A stretch of DNA of 64,000 bases, from positions 1-64,000 of the forward strand of contig JAPDJY010000039.1 in assembly GCA_029258835.1 (NCBI GenBank), written 5' to 3'. The stretch comes from Thermoproteota archaeon. Its GTDB lineage: Archaea; Asgardarchaeota; Jordiarchaeia; Jordiarchaeales; Freyrarchaeaceae. Below, piece after piece: positions 1 to 9,896 of the stretch. A program made the translations under genes and the position numbers. A model generated the notes under the pieces. It was not told the origin of the DNA, did not search any database, and saw only the letters and a list, made by a program, of their open reading frames with translations. How positions within the stretch are numbered: the first letter of the stretch is position 1; every line of letters begins with the position of its first letter.

Positions 1-1687
1 GAGCTGCTGTTCTGGCTTTTCTGAATACTTCTCTTATTGCTCTTTCGCTTTCTCCTACCCATTTGCTTAGTAGTTCTGGGCCTTTGACGCTTATGAAGTT
101 GGCTTCTGACATGGTGGCAACGGCCTTAGCAAGCAAAGTCTTACCACAACCCGGAGGACCATGCAGTAACACGCCTTTAGGAGGCCTAATTCCAACTTTC
201 TTGAATGTTTCAGGATATTTTAAAGGCCACTCAACTGTTTCTCTCAGTTCTTCCTTAACATCCTCCAAACCGCCTATATCATCCCACGTGACGTCCGGCA
301 TCTCCATCAAAACTTCGCGCATCACGGATGGATGGACGATCTTCATCGCTTCTTCGAAGTCCTCCTTCGTCACGATAAGCTTAGCTAAGACCTCTTGCGG
401 TATCGTTTCTTCGTCTAGGTTGATCTCAGGTAGAACCTTCCTGAGACGGCTCATAGCGGCCTCCCTGCACAGTGCCGCTAGGTCGGCGCCCACGTAGCCA
501 TGTGTCCTTTCTGCGATTTCATCCAAGTCCACGTCTTCAGCGAGCGGCATCCCTCTCGTATGGATCATCAGTATTTCTTTCCTGCCATTTTTATCTGGGA
601 CTCCTATCTCTATTTCCCTGTCAAATCTTCCTGGGCGTCGAAGAGCAGGATCAAGGGAGTTTGGCCTATTAGTTGCACCAATAACTATAACTCGCCCTCT
701 CTCTTTTAACCCGTCCATTAACGCTAGGAGCTGGGCTACCACCCTTCTTTCAACTTCCCCTGTTACCTCCTCCCTCTTAGGGGCAATACTATCCAGCTCG
801 TCTATGAATATGATGCTTGGTGCGTTCTTCTCTGCCTCCTCGAATATCTCCCTCAGCCTTGCTTCGCTTTCACCATAAAACTTACTCATTATCTCAGGGC
901 CATTGACGGAGATGAAATAGGCGTCGCTTTCATTTGCAACAGCCTTAGCTAAAAGGGTTTTCCCCGTTCCTGGAGGACCGTAAAGAAGAACACCCTTTGG
1001 CGGATCAATACCAAGTCTTTGGAAAAGTTCAGGGTGTTTTAATGGTAATTCCACCATTTCCCTAACCCTTGTTATAGCTTCCTCAAGACCTCCTATGTCA
1101 TCGTATGTTACCAAGGGAACCCCTCTTAGAGGTCTTGCTTCAGGCAAGACCTCAATCTGAGTGCGGTCTGTTATCTGTACAATCCCTGCAGGATTAGTTT
1201 GGGATACGATCAGCCTTATCTCACCTAGGGAGAATGGCGTACGCGGGAAAAAGGGGAAAGCAGCTTCAAACGGTGTTGGGGAAAGACTGCCTATTACACT
1301 TATAACGTCTCCTTTAGTGACGGGCCTGTTAAGAAGCATGCCTCTTAAAATATCGCCACGTATTCTAAGTCTTCCCCCCTCCTCTGCCGGAGCCAAAACA
1401 ACCCTTACAGCAGGTTTAACATTGGCTTTCCTAACTTTAACGTATTCACCTATTCCTGCTCCGACATTCTGCCTGATAAGGCCGTCCATCCTTATTATCC
1501 CAGCGCCTCTATCTTCAGGTGGACCATACATAACGATGGCGCCAGTAGTCTTCTTGTTCCTTATTTCGACTATGTCCCCAGAAGAGATCTTTAATTTTCT
1601 CATTGACTCTGTGTCGATCCTCACTATGCCTCTACCAGCACTACGCTTATCTATCTCCGCAACACGTAACTCTAATTCCACACTCAT
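1..1687 (-). CDS. cdc48: CDC48/VCP/p97-family AAA+ ATPase (5' part; runs off the left edge)
   Basis: Absent from the ORF track; translated by hand from ATG at 1687: [25 protein letters not shown] (N domain), [25 protein letters not shown] (Walker A), IIFIDELD (Walker B), then start of D2 ([20 protein letters not shown]). Confidence 0.96.
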   Translation of the reverse strand, partial: MSVELELRVAEIDKRSAGRGIVRIDTESMRKLKISSGDIVEIRNKKTTGAIVMYGPPEDRGAGIIRMDGLIRQNVGAGIGEYVKVRKANVKPAVRVVLAPAEEGGRLRIRGDILRGMLLNRPVTKGDVISVIGSLSPTPFEAAFPFFPRTPFSLGEIRLIVSQTNPAGIVQITDRTQIEVLPEARPLRGVPLVTYDDIGGLEEAITRVREMVELPLKHPELFQRLGIDPPKGVLLYGPPGTGKTLLAKAVANESDAYFISVNGPEIMSKFYGESEARLREIFEEAEKNAPSIIFIDELDSIAPKREEVTGEVERRVVAQLLALMDGLKERGRVIVIGATNRPNSLDPALRRPGRFDREIEIGVPDKNGRKEILMIHTRGMPLAEDVDLDEIAERTHGYVGADLAALCREAAMSRLRKVLPEINLDEETIPQEVLAKLIVTKEDFEEAMKIVHPSVMREVLMEMPDVTWDDIGGLEDVKEELRETVEWPLKYPETFKKVGIRPPKGVLLHGPPGCGKTLLAKAVATMSEANFISVKGPELLSKWVGESERAIREVFRKARTAA

Positions 1688-1743
1688 CCAGCTCCCACCC
1701 TTCATCTACATTAAATTTTTCTCTCTGAAGGAATATAAGTAAA

Positions 1744-1756
1744 GTTAAATATAAAC
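1744..1756. promoter_or_regulatory. Candidate TATA element in the divergent cdc48 / TPR-gene intergenic region
   Basis: GTTAAATATAAAC; reads TTTATA on the minus strand about 60 nt upstream of the cdc48 ATG. Confidence 0.3.
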
Positions 1757-1863
1757 GTGTCCTGCGGAAATTAAAGAAGTTAACTAATTATTGAGCGAAA
1801 GAGAAGTGCTCTTTTAAAGAGGACTCAGGTTCCTTATAGAAAAGGTGATGAGGAAGGTGAACG

Positions 1864-2556
1864 TTGGGTAATCCGGGGTATGAACAACTAGAAAAAGAGG
1901 CTGAAAGGAACTTTGAAGTTGGGCGATTTCTGAGCGCCGCAAGAGAGTTTCAAGCATTATCATTAATAGCTGAGAGGGAGAAAGAAGCAAGGGCTGCTGG
2001 AAGGTTTGCTGCTAAGTCGGGAGATTGCTGGCTTAAACTTGGAAACCACTTTAACGCCGCGGCTATGTATGAAAGGGCGGCTGAATGCTACAGTTTGACG
2101 GGAGATATCGGTCTCAGAAGGAAATATCTTAAAATAGCTCTCAGCGAGTTGCTTCTCGCGGCTAAAAAGCACGAGTTAGAAGTGTCTAAACGAGTGGAGG
2201 TACTTATTAGAGCTGCTAATTGTAGCCGTAGCCTCGGAGACCAAAAAGTAGCTGAACGACTTCTCTTGAAAGCGTGTAAGGAAGCGATAAGTACCGCAGA
2301 AAAAGAAAGAGAGAGGGTGAAGCCCGAGAAAGCGGCAAAGTACTATCTTCTTGCCGCAAAATGTTATTCAGAAATGAATGATAGAAAAAATGCTGCAAGG
2401 ATGCGGCTATTTGCAATTGAATGCATTAACCAGTTTTTACAGCATCGAGAGAAATACCCGGAGGAGACGACAGAAGTTGAAGACGTGCTTAAAGAATTAT
2501 TTGAGAAAATGGGTGATGGAGAAATGGGTGATGAAAATTTTAGAGAAAATATTTGA
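1864..2556 (+). CDS. SNAP-like/TPR alpha-solenoid protein
   Basis: Repeats AAAMYERAAECYSLTGD, VLIRAANCSRSLGD and AAKYYLLAAKCYSEMND; TTG start preceded by SD AAGGTGA. Confidence 0.75.
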   Translation: MGNPGYEQLEKEAERNFEVGRFLSAAREFQALSLIAEREKEARAAGRFAAKSGDCWLKLGNHFNAAAMYERAAECYSLTGDIGLRRKYLKIALSELLLAAKKHELEVSKRVEVLIRAANCSRSLGDQKVAERLLLKACKEAISTAEKERERVKPEKAAKYYLLAAKCYSEMNDRKNAARMRLFAIECINQFLQHREKYPEETTEVEDVLKELFEKMGDGEMGDENFRENI

Positions 2557-3037
2557 ACTGATGAAGGAATGCTTGAAAATAGCGGAGATAACGGAAAACA
2601 TGCACGTGGTTTAAACCGTCACAGCATTCTCTCCGAAGTTAAAACTGGAAAATTCTACTCAAACTTTAGAAAATGCAAGAAGTATTTCTTTAATGAGGCT
2701 GTACACGTTACTTACTTGTCCGTAAACAACAATACACTTTTCAACTTCAAGATCTTCTTCGACACCTACTTAGGGGGGTACCTGAAGGTATGGCGGCAAA
2801 GTATTTAACCAAAGGAGCGTCCAGTAAATTAAAGATGTTACTTAAAAAACTAAGCGACTTACATTTAGAACACTTTCCCAAGGAGCGCGTATAAGAATTT
2901 CAGAGTTTAAAAATTAGTGAATGCAATCCTTTAAGGTTTAACAACTGAAGTGAAACGTCCATCGAGAAGGATGAATGATCCTCAATTAATTGATTATTGA
3001 TTTTAAATTTAAATTTAAATATTAAGAGGGAGGCTCA

Positions 3038-3745
3038 ATGAATAAGGAGAACGATAAAAAGCCACTTTCAGTAGCTGAAGCATCACGAAGGATTATAAGC
3101 ACTAGGCCCTCGGTAATGGACTGTTTGAAGCAAGGGGTAGTGAACTTCTCCGCGCTAGCAGAAGTCATTAAGGACCAAGTTGCAATGCTATGTAAACGTA
3201 AATCAGTTAACGTTGACTCCATCAAAATGGCACTGATGAGGTACTCTGAAGAGCTCAAACGCAAAAGGCAAACTATAGAGAAGCAAGTTGTTGACGTAGT
3301 TGCAAGGAGTATTCTTGAGTTGAAAAATGATGTAGCAGTCCTAACGATAAATCAAGCGGTTTTCCCGGTGTACATTGATAAAATAGTTAAGCTTGTAGAG
3401 ACCTCACGTTTTTTACAGGTCACCCAGGGAACCACAACGTTTACCGTTGCAACAGATCTAGAAACAAAATCAAAAATAATAGAATTAGTGGGCAAAAGAA
3501 ACATAATAGATATACTAGACGACCAGTCCGCAATAATAATTATAAGCCCACCGGAAATAATAGATGTTCCAGGAGTAATATCATACATAACGGACTTATT
3601 AGCCAGTAATAACGTAAATATATCTCAGATCATTTCATGCTACACAGATACCATCTTAATAGTAGATAGAAGAAGAGCGCTTCAGGCGTACAAAATCATA
3701 GAGGATCGTATATTGCTTTTGCGAAGCCTCGAAAAGCCTCAATAA
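3038..3745 (+). CDS. Conserved archaeal ACT-domain protein
   Basis: N-terminal 'DCLKQGVVNFSALA' helical motif and C-terminal ACT-like PGVISYITDLLASNNVNISQIISCYTDTILIV; SD GGGAGG. Confidence 0.85.
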   Translation: MNKENDKKPLSVAEASRRIISTRPSVMDCLKQGVVNFSALAEVIKDQVAMLCKRKSVNVDSIKMALMRYSEELKRKRQTIEKQVVDVVARSILELKNDVAVLTINQAVFPVYIDKIVKLVETSRFLQVTQGTTTFTVATDLETKSKIIELVGKRNIIDILDDQSAIIIISPPEIIDVPGVISYITDLLASNNVNISQIISCYTDTILIVDRRRALQAYKIIEDRILLLRSLEKPQ

Positions 3746-3753
3746 ATTAGGGA

Positions 3754-4689
3754 TTACTGGCGGGCACCACAGTGAGGACACACCTTAGCCCAGCCAGGTA
3801 TTTCTTCTCCGCAAACACCACACCGTTTATAACCCGGCCTTGTAGGCGCAGTTATATCTTTCTCCCTTAGAGCCTCTAGGAAGCTTGGAGAACCAGTACT
3901 TTGAGGCTGAGGAGAAGGCGGTGAGGCTGGATGAGGCATTTGGAAGGTAGGTGGGGTGGTTCCGCTTTGGACATACTCGTCTCCTTCTATTCTTCCGGGT
4001 ATTCGCCCACTTTGAATCAGGTTATTTAGAACTTGACGGACATAATCGATATTTTGTCCGACCCGCCAAGCAATCTCACTGATATGAATTCTGCTATACG
4101 GGTTACGAACGTTTACGCTCACATCTTTTAGCATGCTTTGCTCTTCAACGCTAACACTTGCTTCGGTGACACCTACTTGTTTACTTACTCCCTCAGCTGG
4201 TTGAGCTGTTTCTCCATGAACCTCATCTTGCACCGGTACATATTCCCACTCACTTGCTTCTTCTCCTTCACCCTTTGGCATTGTTTCGGTTAAAGACTGC
4301 GAAACAGCTTCTGCACTAACAGTCTTTGTCGCTTCTCGCATTTGTCCGATTATTTTCTTAATTAACTGATCTTCTTCCTCAGAGTACTCACTCTTTATTT
4401 TCTCCCAGTCGGCTTCTGCTTCCTCATACTTTCCCCCGTATAGTTTTACGCCGATCCCTGCAAAAAGTTCTCTGTGACCAGTAACACCTTGCGTTCTACA
4501 TATTTCAAGAGCCTTTTCAATGTATTTTTCGCCATTTTTTCGCTCATCAATAGATAAGCTATATAATCCTGCCAGCGTGAAAAAATCCACCGCAATATCA
4601 TATATGCCTTCATCTAGAAGTATACTGGCGGTATCTTCGTAATATCTTACTTTTTCTTTGATTTCTTCTACCCGCATATCTTCTGTCAA
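3754..4689 (-). CDS. Helical-repeat + PCI-type winged helix + C-terminal zinc-ribbon protein
   Basis: N-terminal helical domain, acidic linker, YSRIHISEIAWRVGQNIDYVRQVLNNLIQSGRIPGRIEG (PCI winged-helix pattern), Pro-rich linker, CGVCGEEIPGWAKVCPHCG. Confidence 0.75.
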   Translation of the reverse strand: MTEDMRVEEIKEKVRYYEDTASILLDEGIYDIAVDFFTLAGLYSLSIDERKNGEKYIEKALEICRTQGVTGHRELFAGIGVKLYGGKYEEAEADWEKIKSEYSEEEDQLIKKIIGQMREATKTVSAEAVSQSLTETMPKGEGEEASEWEYVPVQDEVHGETAQPAEGVSKQVGVTEASVSVEEQSMLKDVSVNVRNPYSRIHISEIAWRVGQNIDYVRQVLNNLIQSGRIPGRIEGDEYVQSGTTPPTFQMPHPASPPSPQPQSTGSPSFLEALREKDITAPTRPGYKRCGVCGEEIPGWAKVCPHCGARQ

Positions 4690-5004
4690 TTTCTTACCCC
4701 TTTCAAATTGGAAGCGACGCCTTTTAAGAGTATTCTTCCTACTATGTTTCTACTATAAATTATTTGTTCCTTTTGCCCTTATTTTAATTATTCGGAAAGA
4801 GCGGCATACCGCACAACCCTACTTCTCACGCCTACCCCCAGTATTTTCATTCCATTAAAACTACCTTAAATTTTGCTTCTTTCTCATTTCTGAAAAAATC
4901 CACAAAACACATGGAAAGACGGGCAAAGAGGACTTCACCGTTTCGTAGGGAATTTTTCAGAGAAAAAGCAGTTTTTCTAAAAAGATGGAGTTAAGAAGGA
5001 AAAC

Positions 5005-5766
5005 CTATGCTTTCTCGATTGATTGCAGGAGCTCATTGAGTACTTTTACTTCCGCCTCGTCTAATTCTGCTGATAATTTCATGAGCAATTCCTTGGTTTT
5101 TTCGGTATCACCCTCGATAAATGCTTTACTGAGATCTACAGCGATTACACCTTCCTCTCCAACATCTTTCTCCCTACAGATTGGCAACGCCTTTGCAACG
5201 ACCTCTTCCGCCCTTCCGAAGTCATTTAGAACCCCAAAACATATTGCAGCCCAGCTTAAATTTATGACACCATATTCGTAGTCTCCTTCATTGCACCACG
5301 TTTCCCCCCACTCCTTAAAGTTTGAGGCGGCCAGAGACAGCATTTCCTCGAAAAGCGCTTTTTCATTTATTTTCTTGTAGAGAGATGCCGCAGTCACATA
5401 CGACAATGCGGCTGAGCCTAAGTTTCCCATATCACTCAGTTTCCTGGCATGATTAACGTATATTTCAGCGGCTTTCCTGATTAGTTCTTCAAACTTTCCA
5501 GTTTCCCCTATATCCTTGTAACAAAACGCCATTTCTTCATAATCCTTCGCAACGGAAATGTCATATCCAAGTTTAAGGTGCCTCTCTAGAGCCTTGGAAT
5601 ACTGTTCTATGGCTTTCTCTAGGAAGCCATACCGCTTATAGCAATCTCCAGCCTCCTTGAAGGTGTCCGCCGCCTTTTCAAGAAACTCCTGCCCAGCAAC
5701 CGTTTCAGACGCCTTTTCTTCATACTCCTCTGCCTTTCTAACCTTTTCTTCACATTCTTCAGCCAT
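5005..5766 (-). CDS. SNAP (soluble NSF attachment protein)-like TPR protein
   Basis: AADTFKEAGDCYKRYG / AKDYEEMAFCYKDIG / AALSYVTAASLYKKI repeats and a C-terminal DLSKAFIEGDTE...LD bundle resembling Sec17/alpha-SNAP. Confidence 0.75.
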   Translation of the reverse strand: MAEECEEKVRKAEEYEEKASETVAGQEFLEKAADTFKEAGDCYKRYGFLEKAIEQYSKALERHLKLGYDISVAKDYEEMAFCYKDIGETGKFEELIRKAAEIYVNHARKLSDMGNLGSAALSYVTAASLYKKINEKALFEEMLSLAASNFKEWGETWCNEGDYEYGVINLSWAAICFGVLNDFGRAEEVVAKALPICREKDVGEEGVIAVDLSKAFIEGDTEKTKELLMKLSAELDEAEVKVLNELLQSIEKA

Positions 5767-5969
5767 GCTTTCCCCTCGTAAAAACCGACTTCAGGTTTTA
5801 ACCGGGCATATTAAAACCTCCATTGGAAAAGAAAAATATGTTGTGCTGTCTGGAACCATAATTTGCTCAGCATGTTTTATAAGTTACGTCAGCTTGAAAT
5901 ACCCTCTCTTCAAGTCCGCAGTTGTGAAGTAGAGAAAAATTTAAGAGGAGAAGGCGGAGGCTACGGGAT

Positions 5970-7232
5970 TTGAATGGTAAGGTAGCGTCATTCCAAGCGT
6001 CCCCTGAGGAAGTTGAACTCTGCGTCTTGCTGTATTCAGGCGGACTTGACACGTCATGCATGCTAAAGTGGATTCAGGAACACTACGACGCTGATGTTAT
6101 CTCGCTGACTCTTAACCTAGGCCAGTCTAAGGATTTTAGGGCCATAGAGAAGAAGGCTCGGGATTTAGGTGTTAAGAAGCATTATACAATAGATGCTAGA
6201 AAGGAGTTTGTTGAAGAGTACGTTTTCCCAGCAATTAAGGCTAACGCCCTTTATCAGGATGCTTACCCGGTCAGCTCTTCACTCTCAAGACCGCTCATTG
6301 CAAAATGGGGGGTTAAGATCGCTCAGAGGGAGGGAGCCGACGCGATAGCCCATGGCTGTACAGGAAAGGGTAACGATCAGGTTCGCTTTAACGTTACAAT
6401 AACAACCCTTGACCCGGACATGAAAATCATAGCGCCGGTTGTGGAGTGGAGTATGACAAGGGATCAAGCGATAGAGTATGCGAAAAAGCATGGAATTCCA
6501 ATCCCAGTAGATTATGATTCACCGTACAGCATCGACGAGAACCTTTGGGGGAGAAGTATAGAGTGTGGCGTCCTTGAAAACCCAGACGTTGAACCACCAA
6601 GAGACGTCTTCACTTGGACTAACCCTCCTGAGGAGGCGCCGGACGCGCCTGAATATTTAGAAATAGAGTTTAATGAGGGAGTTCCAGTATCCCTTAATGG
6701 AGACAGGTTGGATGGAGTCACGCTGATATCAAAACTAAACAAAATTGGAGGGGTTCATGGAGTAGGGAGAATAGATCATATGGAGGACCGGGTTGTAGGG
6801 TTAAAGTCACGTGAAGTTTATGAGTGCCCTGCGGCAACGATTCTCCTAAAAGCACATAAAGATCTAGAAAAGATGGTTTGTACACGCCACGAGAACGTCT
6901 TTAAAAAGATCGTTGATGAACAATGGACATATCTCGTGTACTCTGGCTTATGGGTTGAGCCGTTGAGGGAAGATCTAGAACAGTTTATAAACAAAGTGAA
7001 CGAGAAAGTCAACGGAGTTGTGCGAGTGAAGCTTTTCAAGGGAAGTGTTCAAGTTGTCGGTCGCTCGTCACCTTACGCACTCTATGATAAAACCTTGGCG
7101 ACTTATGGTAGAGAATCAACGTTTAATCAGCAAGCATCATTTGGTTTCATAGAGTTATGGGGTCTCCAATCAAGAATGGCGAGGTCGATAAGTGAGGCTG
7201 CCAGAAAGTGGGGAATGAAACAGTATGAGTGA
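5970..7232 (+). CDS. argG: Argininosuccinate synthase
   Basis: YSGGLDTS, AHGCTGKGNDQVRF, YSIDENLWGRSIE, GLKSREVYECP. Confidence 0.98.
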   Translation: MNGKVASFQASPEEVELCVLLYSGGLDTSCMLKWIQEHYDADVISLTLNLGQSKDFRAIEKKARDLGVKKHYTIDARKEFVEEYVFPAIKANALYQDAYPVSSSLSRPLIAKWGVKIAQREGADAIAHGCTGKGNDQVRFNVTITTLDPDMKIIAPVVEWSMTRDQAIEYAKKHGIPIPVDYDSPYSIDENLWGRSIECGVLENPDVEPPRDVFTWTNPPEEAPDAPEYLEIEFNEGVPVSLNGDRLDGVTLISKLNKIGGVHGVGRIDHMEDRVVGLKSREVYECPAATILLKAHKDLEKMVCTRHENVFKKIVDEQWTYLVYSGLWVEPLREDLEQFINKVNEKVNGVVRVKLFKGSVQVVGRSSPYALYDKTLATYGRESTFNQQASFGFIELWGLQSRMARSISEAARKWGMKQYE

Positions 7233-8706
7233 TAAACCGTGGGGTGGATTGTTTAAAGAGGAATCCATTGAAGAAGTGGAAAACTACACCTCATCCGAAG
7301 ACATCAAACTGGATGAACGACTTGTTTTATATGATATTATAGGTACAATGGCCCACGACTATATGCTATGGAAGGTAGGCGTCTTAGATAGAAGAAACGC
7401 TGAAAAAATCTTTGCTGCACTTTTAAAGGTTAAGGATGCCTTTGAAAGAGGGGAGCTGCGTCTTGAAGTTAAGTTTGAAGATGTACATATGAACATTGAA
7501 CATAAAGTTGTAGAGATTATTGGAGAGGAAGCTGGAGGGATGATGCACCTTGCAAGATCCAGAAACGACCAAGTTTTAGTTGACATAAGAATGTACCTTC
7601 GAGACGAGATAAATACGCTAACGAACCTACTTCTTAACCTTATTGAAACGCTTCTAAAACTCGCCGAGAGAAACGTTAAAACCGTCATGCCGGCTTTTAC
7701 TCATACGCGCCATGCACAACCAACTACGTTTGCCCACTGGTGCTTGGCGTTATCGGATATGCTACTTAGATGCGTGACACGACTCAGTGAGCATTACAGG
7801 CGTGCAAATCTTTGTCCTTTAGGCGCAGGAGCTGTTAGCGGTGTAAGCTGGCCTATTGATAGAAAGCTGGTAGCGGAACTCTTAGGATTTGAAGGAGTAC
7901 AAGAGAACACGTTAGATGTGGTCTCATCACGTGGAGAGCTTGAAGCAGAAACAGTTTTCATCCTATCTCTCATCATGACTATTCTCAGCAGAATGAGTGA
8001 AGACTTGATATGGTGGTCGACACCCGAGTTTACGATGATTGAAATAGACGAAAAGTATACTACGGGTAGCAGTATAATGCCCCAGAAGAAGAACCCCGAC
8101 GTATTAGAGCTTGTAAGAGGAAGAGCGAGCAGAGTTGAAGGAAACCTTATTTCCCTCCTTTCCCTCCTGAAAGCACTACCCTTAGGATATAACAGAGATC
8201 AGCAAGAAACCAAACCGCTTCTCTTTCATTCGATAGACATCACAAAGGAAACGCTAAGTATCGTAGATCACCTCATGCAAACAATAAAGGTTAATGCGGA
8301 GCGGATGAAAAAGCTCGCTGGAACAGGAGGAACTACAGCAACAGAGATAGTAGACTTTCTCGTAGCACAGGGAATACCATTCCGGACCGCGCACAGGATA
8401 ACTGGGGAATACTTTAAGGAACTCCCTAGCGAACAACATGATGCTGGACTACTCTCAGCCATAATCGAAAAATGGACTAAGAGGAAGGTTAGCCTCTCCA
8501 CTAGCGAACTGGATAAGATACTAGACCCGGTTCAATTCTTGGAGAGAAGAAGGCATCTAGGGGCCCCGTCGCCCAAAGAAGTTGAAAGAATGATTAAGGA
8601 GAGAAGGGAAAGGGTGCGGCGGGAAAGGCGTTTAGTAAAGGAGAGAGAGGAAAGAATAGCGTACTCGCTTTCAAGGCTGGAGAAGCTCGTGAGGGAAACT
8701 AAATAA
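7225..8706 (+). CDS. argH: Argininosuccinate lyase
   Basis: EDVHMNIE, ARSRNDQV, GSSIMPQKKNPD; overlaps the argG stop. Confidence 0.97.
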   Translation: MSDKPWGGLFKEESIEEVENYTSSEDIKLDERLVLYDIIGTMAHDYMLWKVGVLDRRNAEKIFAALLKVKDAFERGELRLEVKFEDVHMNIEHKVVEIIGEEAGGMMHLARSRNDQVLVDIRMYLRDEINTLTNLLLNLIETLLKLAERNVKTVMPAFTHTRHAQPTTFAHWCLALSDMLLRCVTRLSEHYRRANLCPLGAGAVSGVSWPIDRKLVAELLGFEGVQENTLDVVSSRGELEAETVFILSLIMTILSRMSEDLIWWSTPEFTMIEIDEKYTTGSSIMPQKKNPDVLELVRGRASRVEGNLISLLSLLKALPLGYNRDQQETKPLLFHSIDITKETLSIVDHLMQTIKVNAERMKKLAGTGGTTATEIVDFLVAQGIPFRTAHRITGEYFKELPSEQHDAGLLSAIIEKWTKRKVSLSTSELDKILDPVQFLERRRHLGAPSPKEVERMIKERRERVRRERRLVKEREERIAYSLSRLEKLVRETK

Positions 8707-8709
8707 GCG

Positions 8710-9468
8710 TTAGTGCCTCATGACACCCATGTACATGCATTCATCTGATGGGATGACCATTTCTGCTGCGTCTACGTTTCTATCTGTATAGATTACGGGT
8801 GCACCTCTAACCAGTACGATTGGCACCATTTCTCGCCCTTCGCCCATTAGAATTTCCGCGGCTGAAGCAAGGCAGTCTGCAACCCCTCGCCTAGTAAATT
8901 TCAGCTCCCAACCGTAGATGTCTTTTTTGCCTCTTTCATCGATTACGGGCTCAAATCCTGCTACCCCCAGAGCGACCCCTACATTACCTAATCTGAGCGG
9001 TTGCACCCTGCTGTCTACTATGAGTACCCCAATCTTTTTCCCGGTTTTGTTAAATATTTTCTCCCTAATTTCCCTGGCGCTTCTAGATGGATCTTCAGGC
9101 AAAAGGATTGCACAACCGGGGGGAGCATTGGATCTGTCAACGCCGGCATTAGCCTGCAAGACGCCGTTTTTAAGCGTCAATATGGCACCCTTGACGCCGC
9201 CATAAACCACATCGGCTTCCTGAAGGACGACTTCTACAAATTCAGGCGGCAACTCACATTTCTCTGCCAGCTTAACGGCTTTTCCAGATGGTTTAACGTC
9301 TCTTAAGGAAACTATGCGTCCCTCGCATACGGCAACGACCTTAGAGGAAACAACGAGTATATCGTTCTCCTCAATGGTCAATCCGCACGAATTTAAGCTC
9401 TCAAGTATGATGTCGACTATGTTATCTTTGGGACGGATAACCCTCGTTTTAACCCCCTTTAGAAGCAT
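8710..9468 (-). CDS. cofE: Coenzyme F420-0:L-glutamate ligase
   Basis: DILVVSSKVVAVCEGR, ANAGVDRSN, LLPEDP, VLIVDS, PLRLGNVGVALG, MGEG. Confidence 0.93.
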   Translation of the reverse strand: MLLKGVKTRVIRPKDNIVDIILESLNSCGLTIEENDILVVSSKVVAVCEGRIVSLRDVKPSGKAVKLAEKCELPPEFVEVVLQEADVVYGGVKGAILTLKNGVLQANAGVDRSNAPPGCAILLPEDPSRSAREIREKIFNKTGKKIGVLIVDSRVQPLRLGNVGVALGVAGFEPVIDERGKKDIYGWELKFTRRGVADCLASAAEILMGEGREMVPIVLVRGAPVIYTDRNVDAAEMVIPSDECMYMGVMRH

Positions 9469-9880
9469 TTTTCCCCCACATGGACGATGCTTTAAGCCCG
9501 TACTTTTCCGCTAGCTTAACAAGCATCTCGTTTCGGGTGAGTAATGTACTGCATCTTTTAAGAAGGGCTATAGTAACCGTGGAAGCACACTCCAAGTCAA
9601 CGTTTGTGGAATGCATTAAACGTCCGGTTTCTAAGGCAAGGTTAAGGTCAAACAGTACTATGCTGGCGCCCAGCGCCCTCTTCAAGGCAGCCACCAGAAC
9701 ATCCACTTGCACTCCTGCACCAGCACGCCATAGGTTCGATGCAGCCATAGCAATAGACACTGTCGAAATGAAAACTCTCTCTTCCCCCTTTACCACTTTT
9801 CTCCAAAACTCCTCCGCCCATCTTTCTCCCTCTAAAAGGGAGATAAGAAAGGATGAATCTGCTACGGCAGGCATTTCCAA
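9449..9880 (-). CDS. PIN-domain (VapC-like) protein with degenerate active site
   Basis: VADSSFLI...VFISTVSIA...LLTRN PIN layout; most of the acidic catalytic residues are missing. Confidence 0.7.
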   Translation of the reverse strand: MEMPAVADSSFLISLLEGERWAEEFWRKVVKGEERVFISTVSIAMAASNLWRAGAGVQVDVLVAALKRALGASIVLFDLNLALETGRLMHSTNVDLECASTVTIALLKRCSTLLTRNEMLVKLAEKYGLKASSMWGKNASKGG

Positions 9881-9896
9881 TTCCTTCTAATAGCCC

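Noticed and set aside
1-1687. Calling the AAA ATPase NSF itself
   Set aside because: The N domain, D1 and the start of D2 are typical of archaeal CDC48/VAT; nothing NSF-specific is visible.
63-1742. Plus-strand ORFs 63..497, 472..672, 500..709 and 1161..1742
   Set aside because: Antisense shadows of cdc48. The many other short ORFs lying opposite well-supported genes were rejected for the same reason.
2378-2808. ORFs 2378..2614 and 2569..2808, a short AAATGGGTGATG duplication, and C/D-box-like TGATGA words near 2528-2565
   Set aside because: No recognisable protein motifs; the duplication is only two copies; D boxes and guide spacing are not canonical.
9449-9880. VapBC toxin-antitoxin module
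   Set aside because: No antitoxin ORF is adjacent and the catalytic residues are degenerate.
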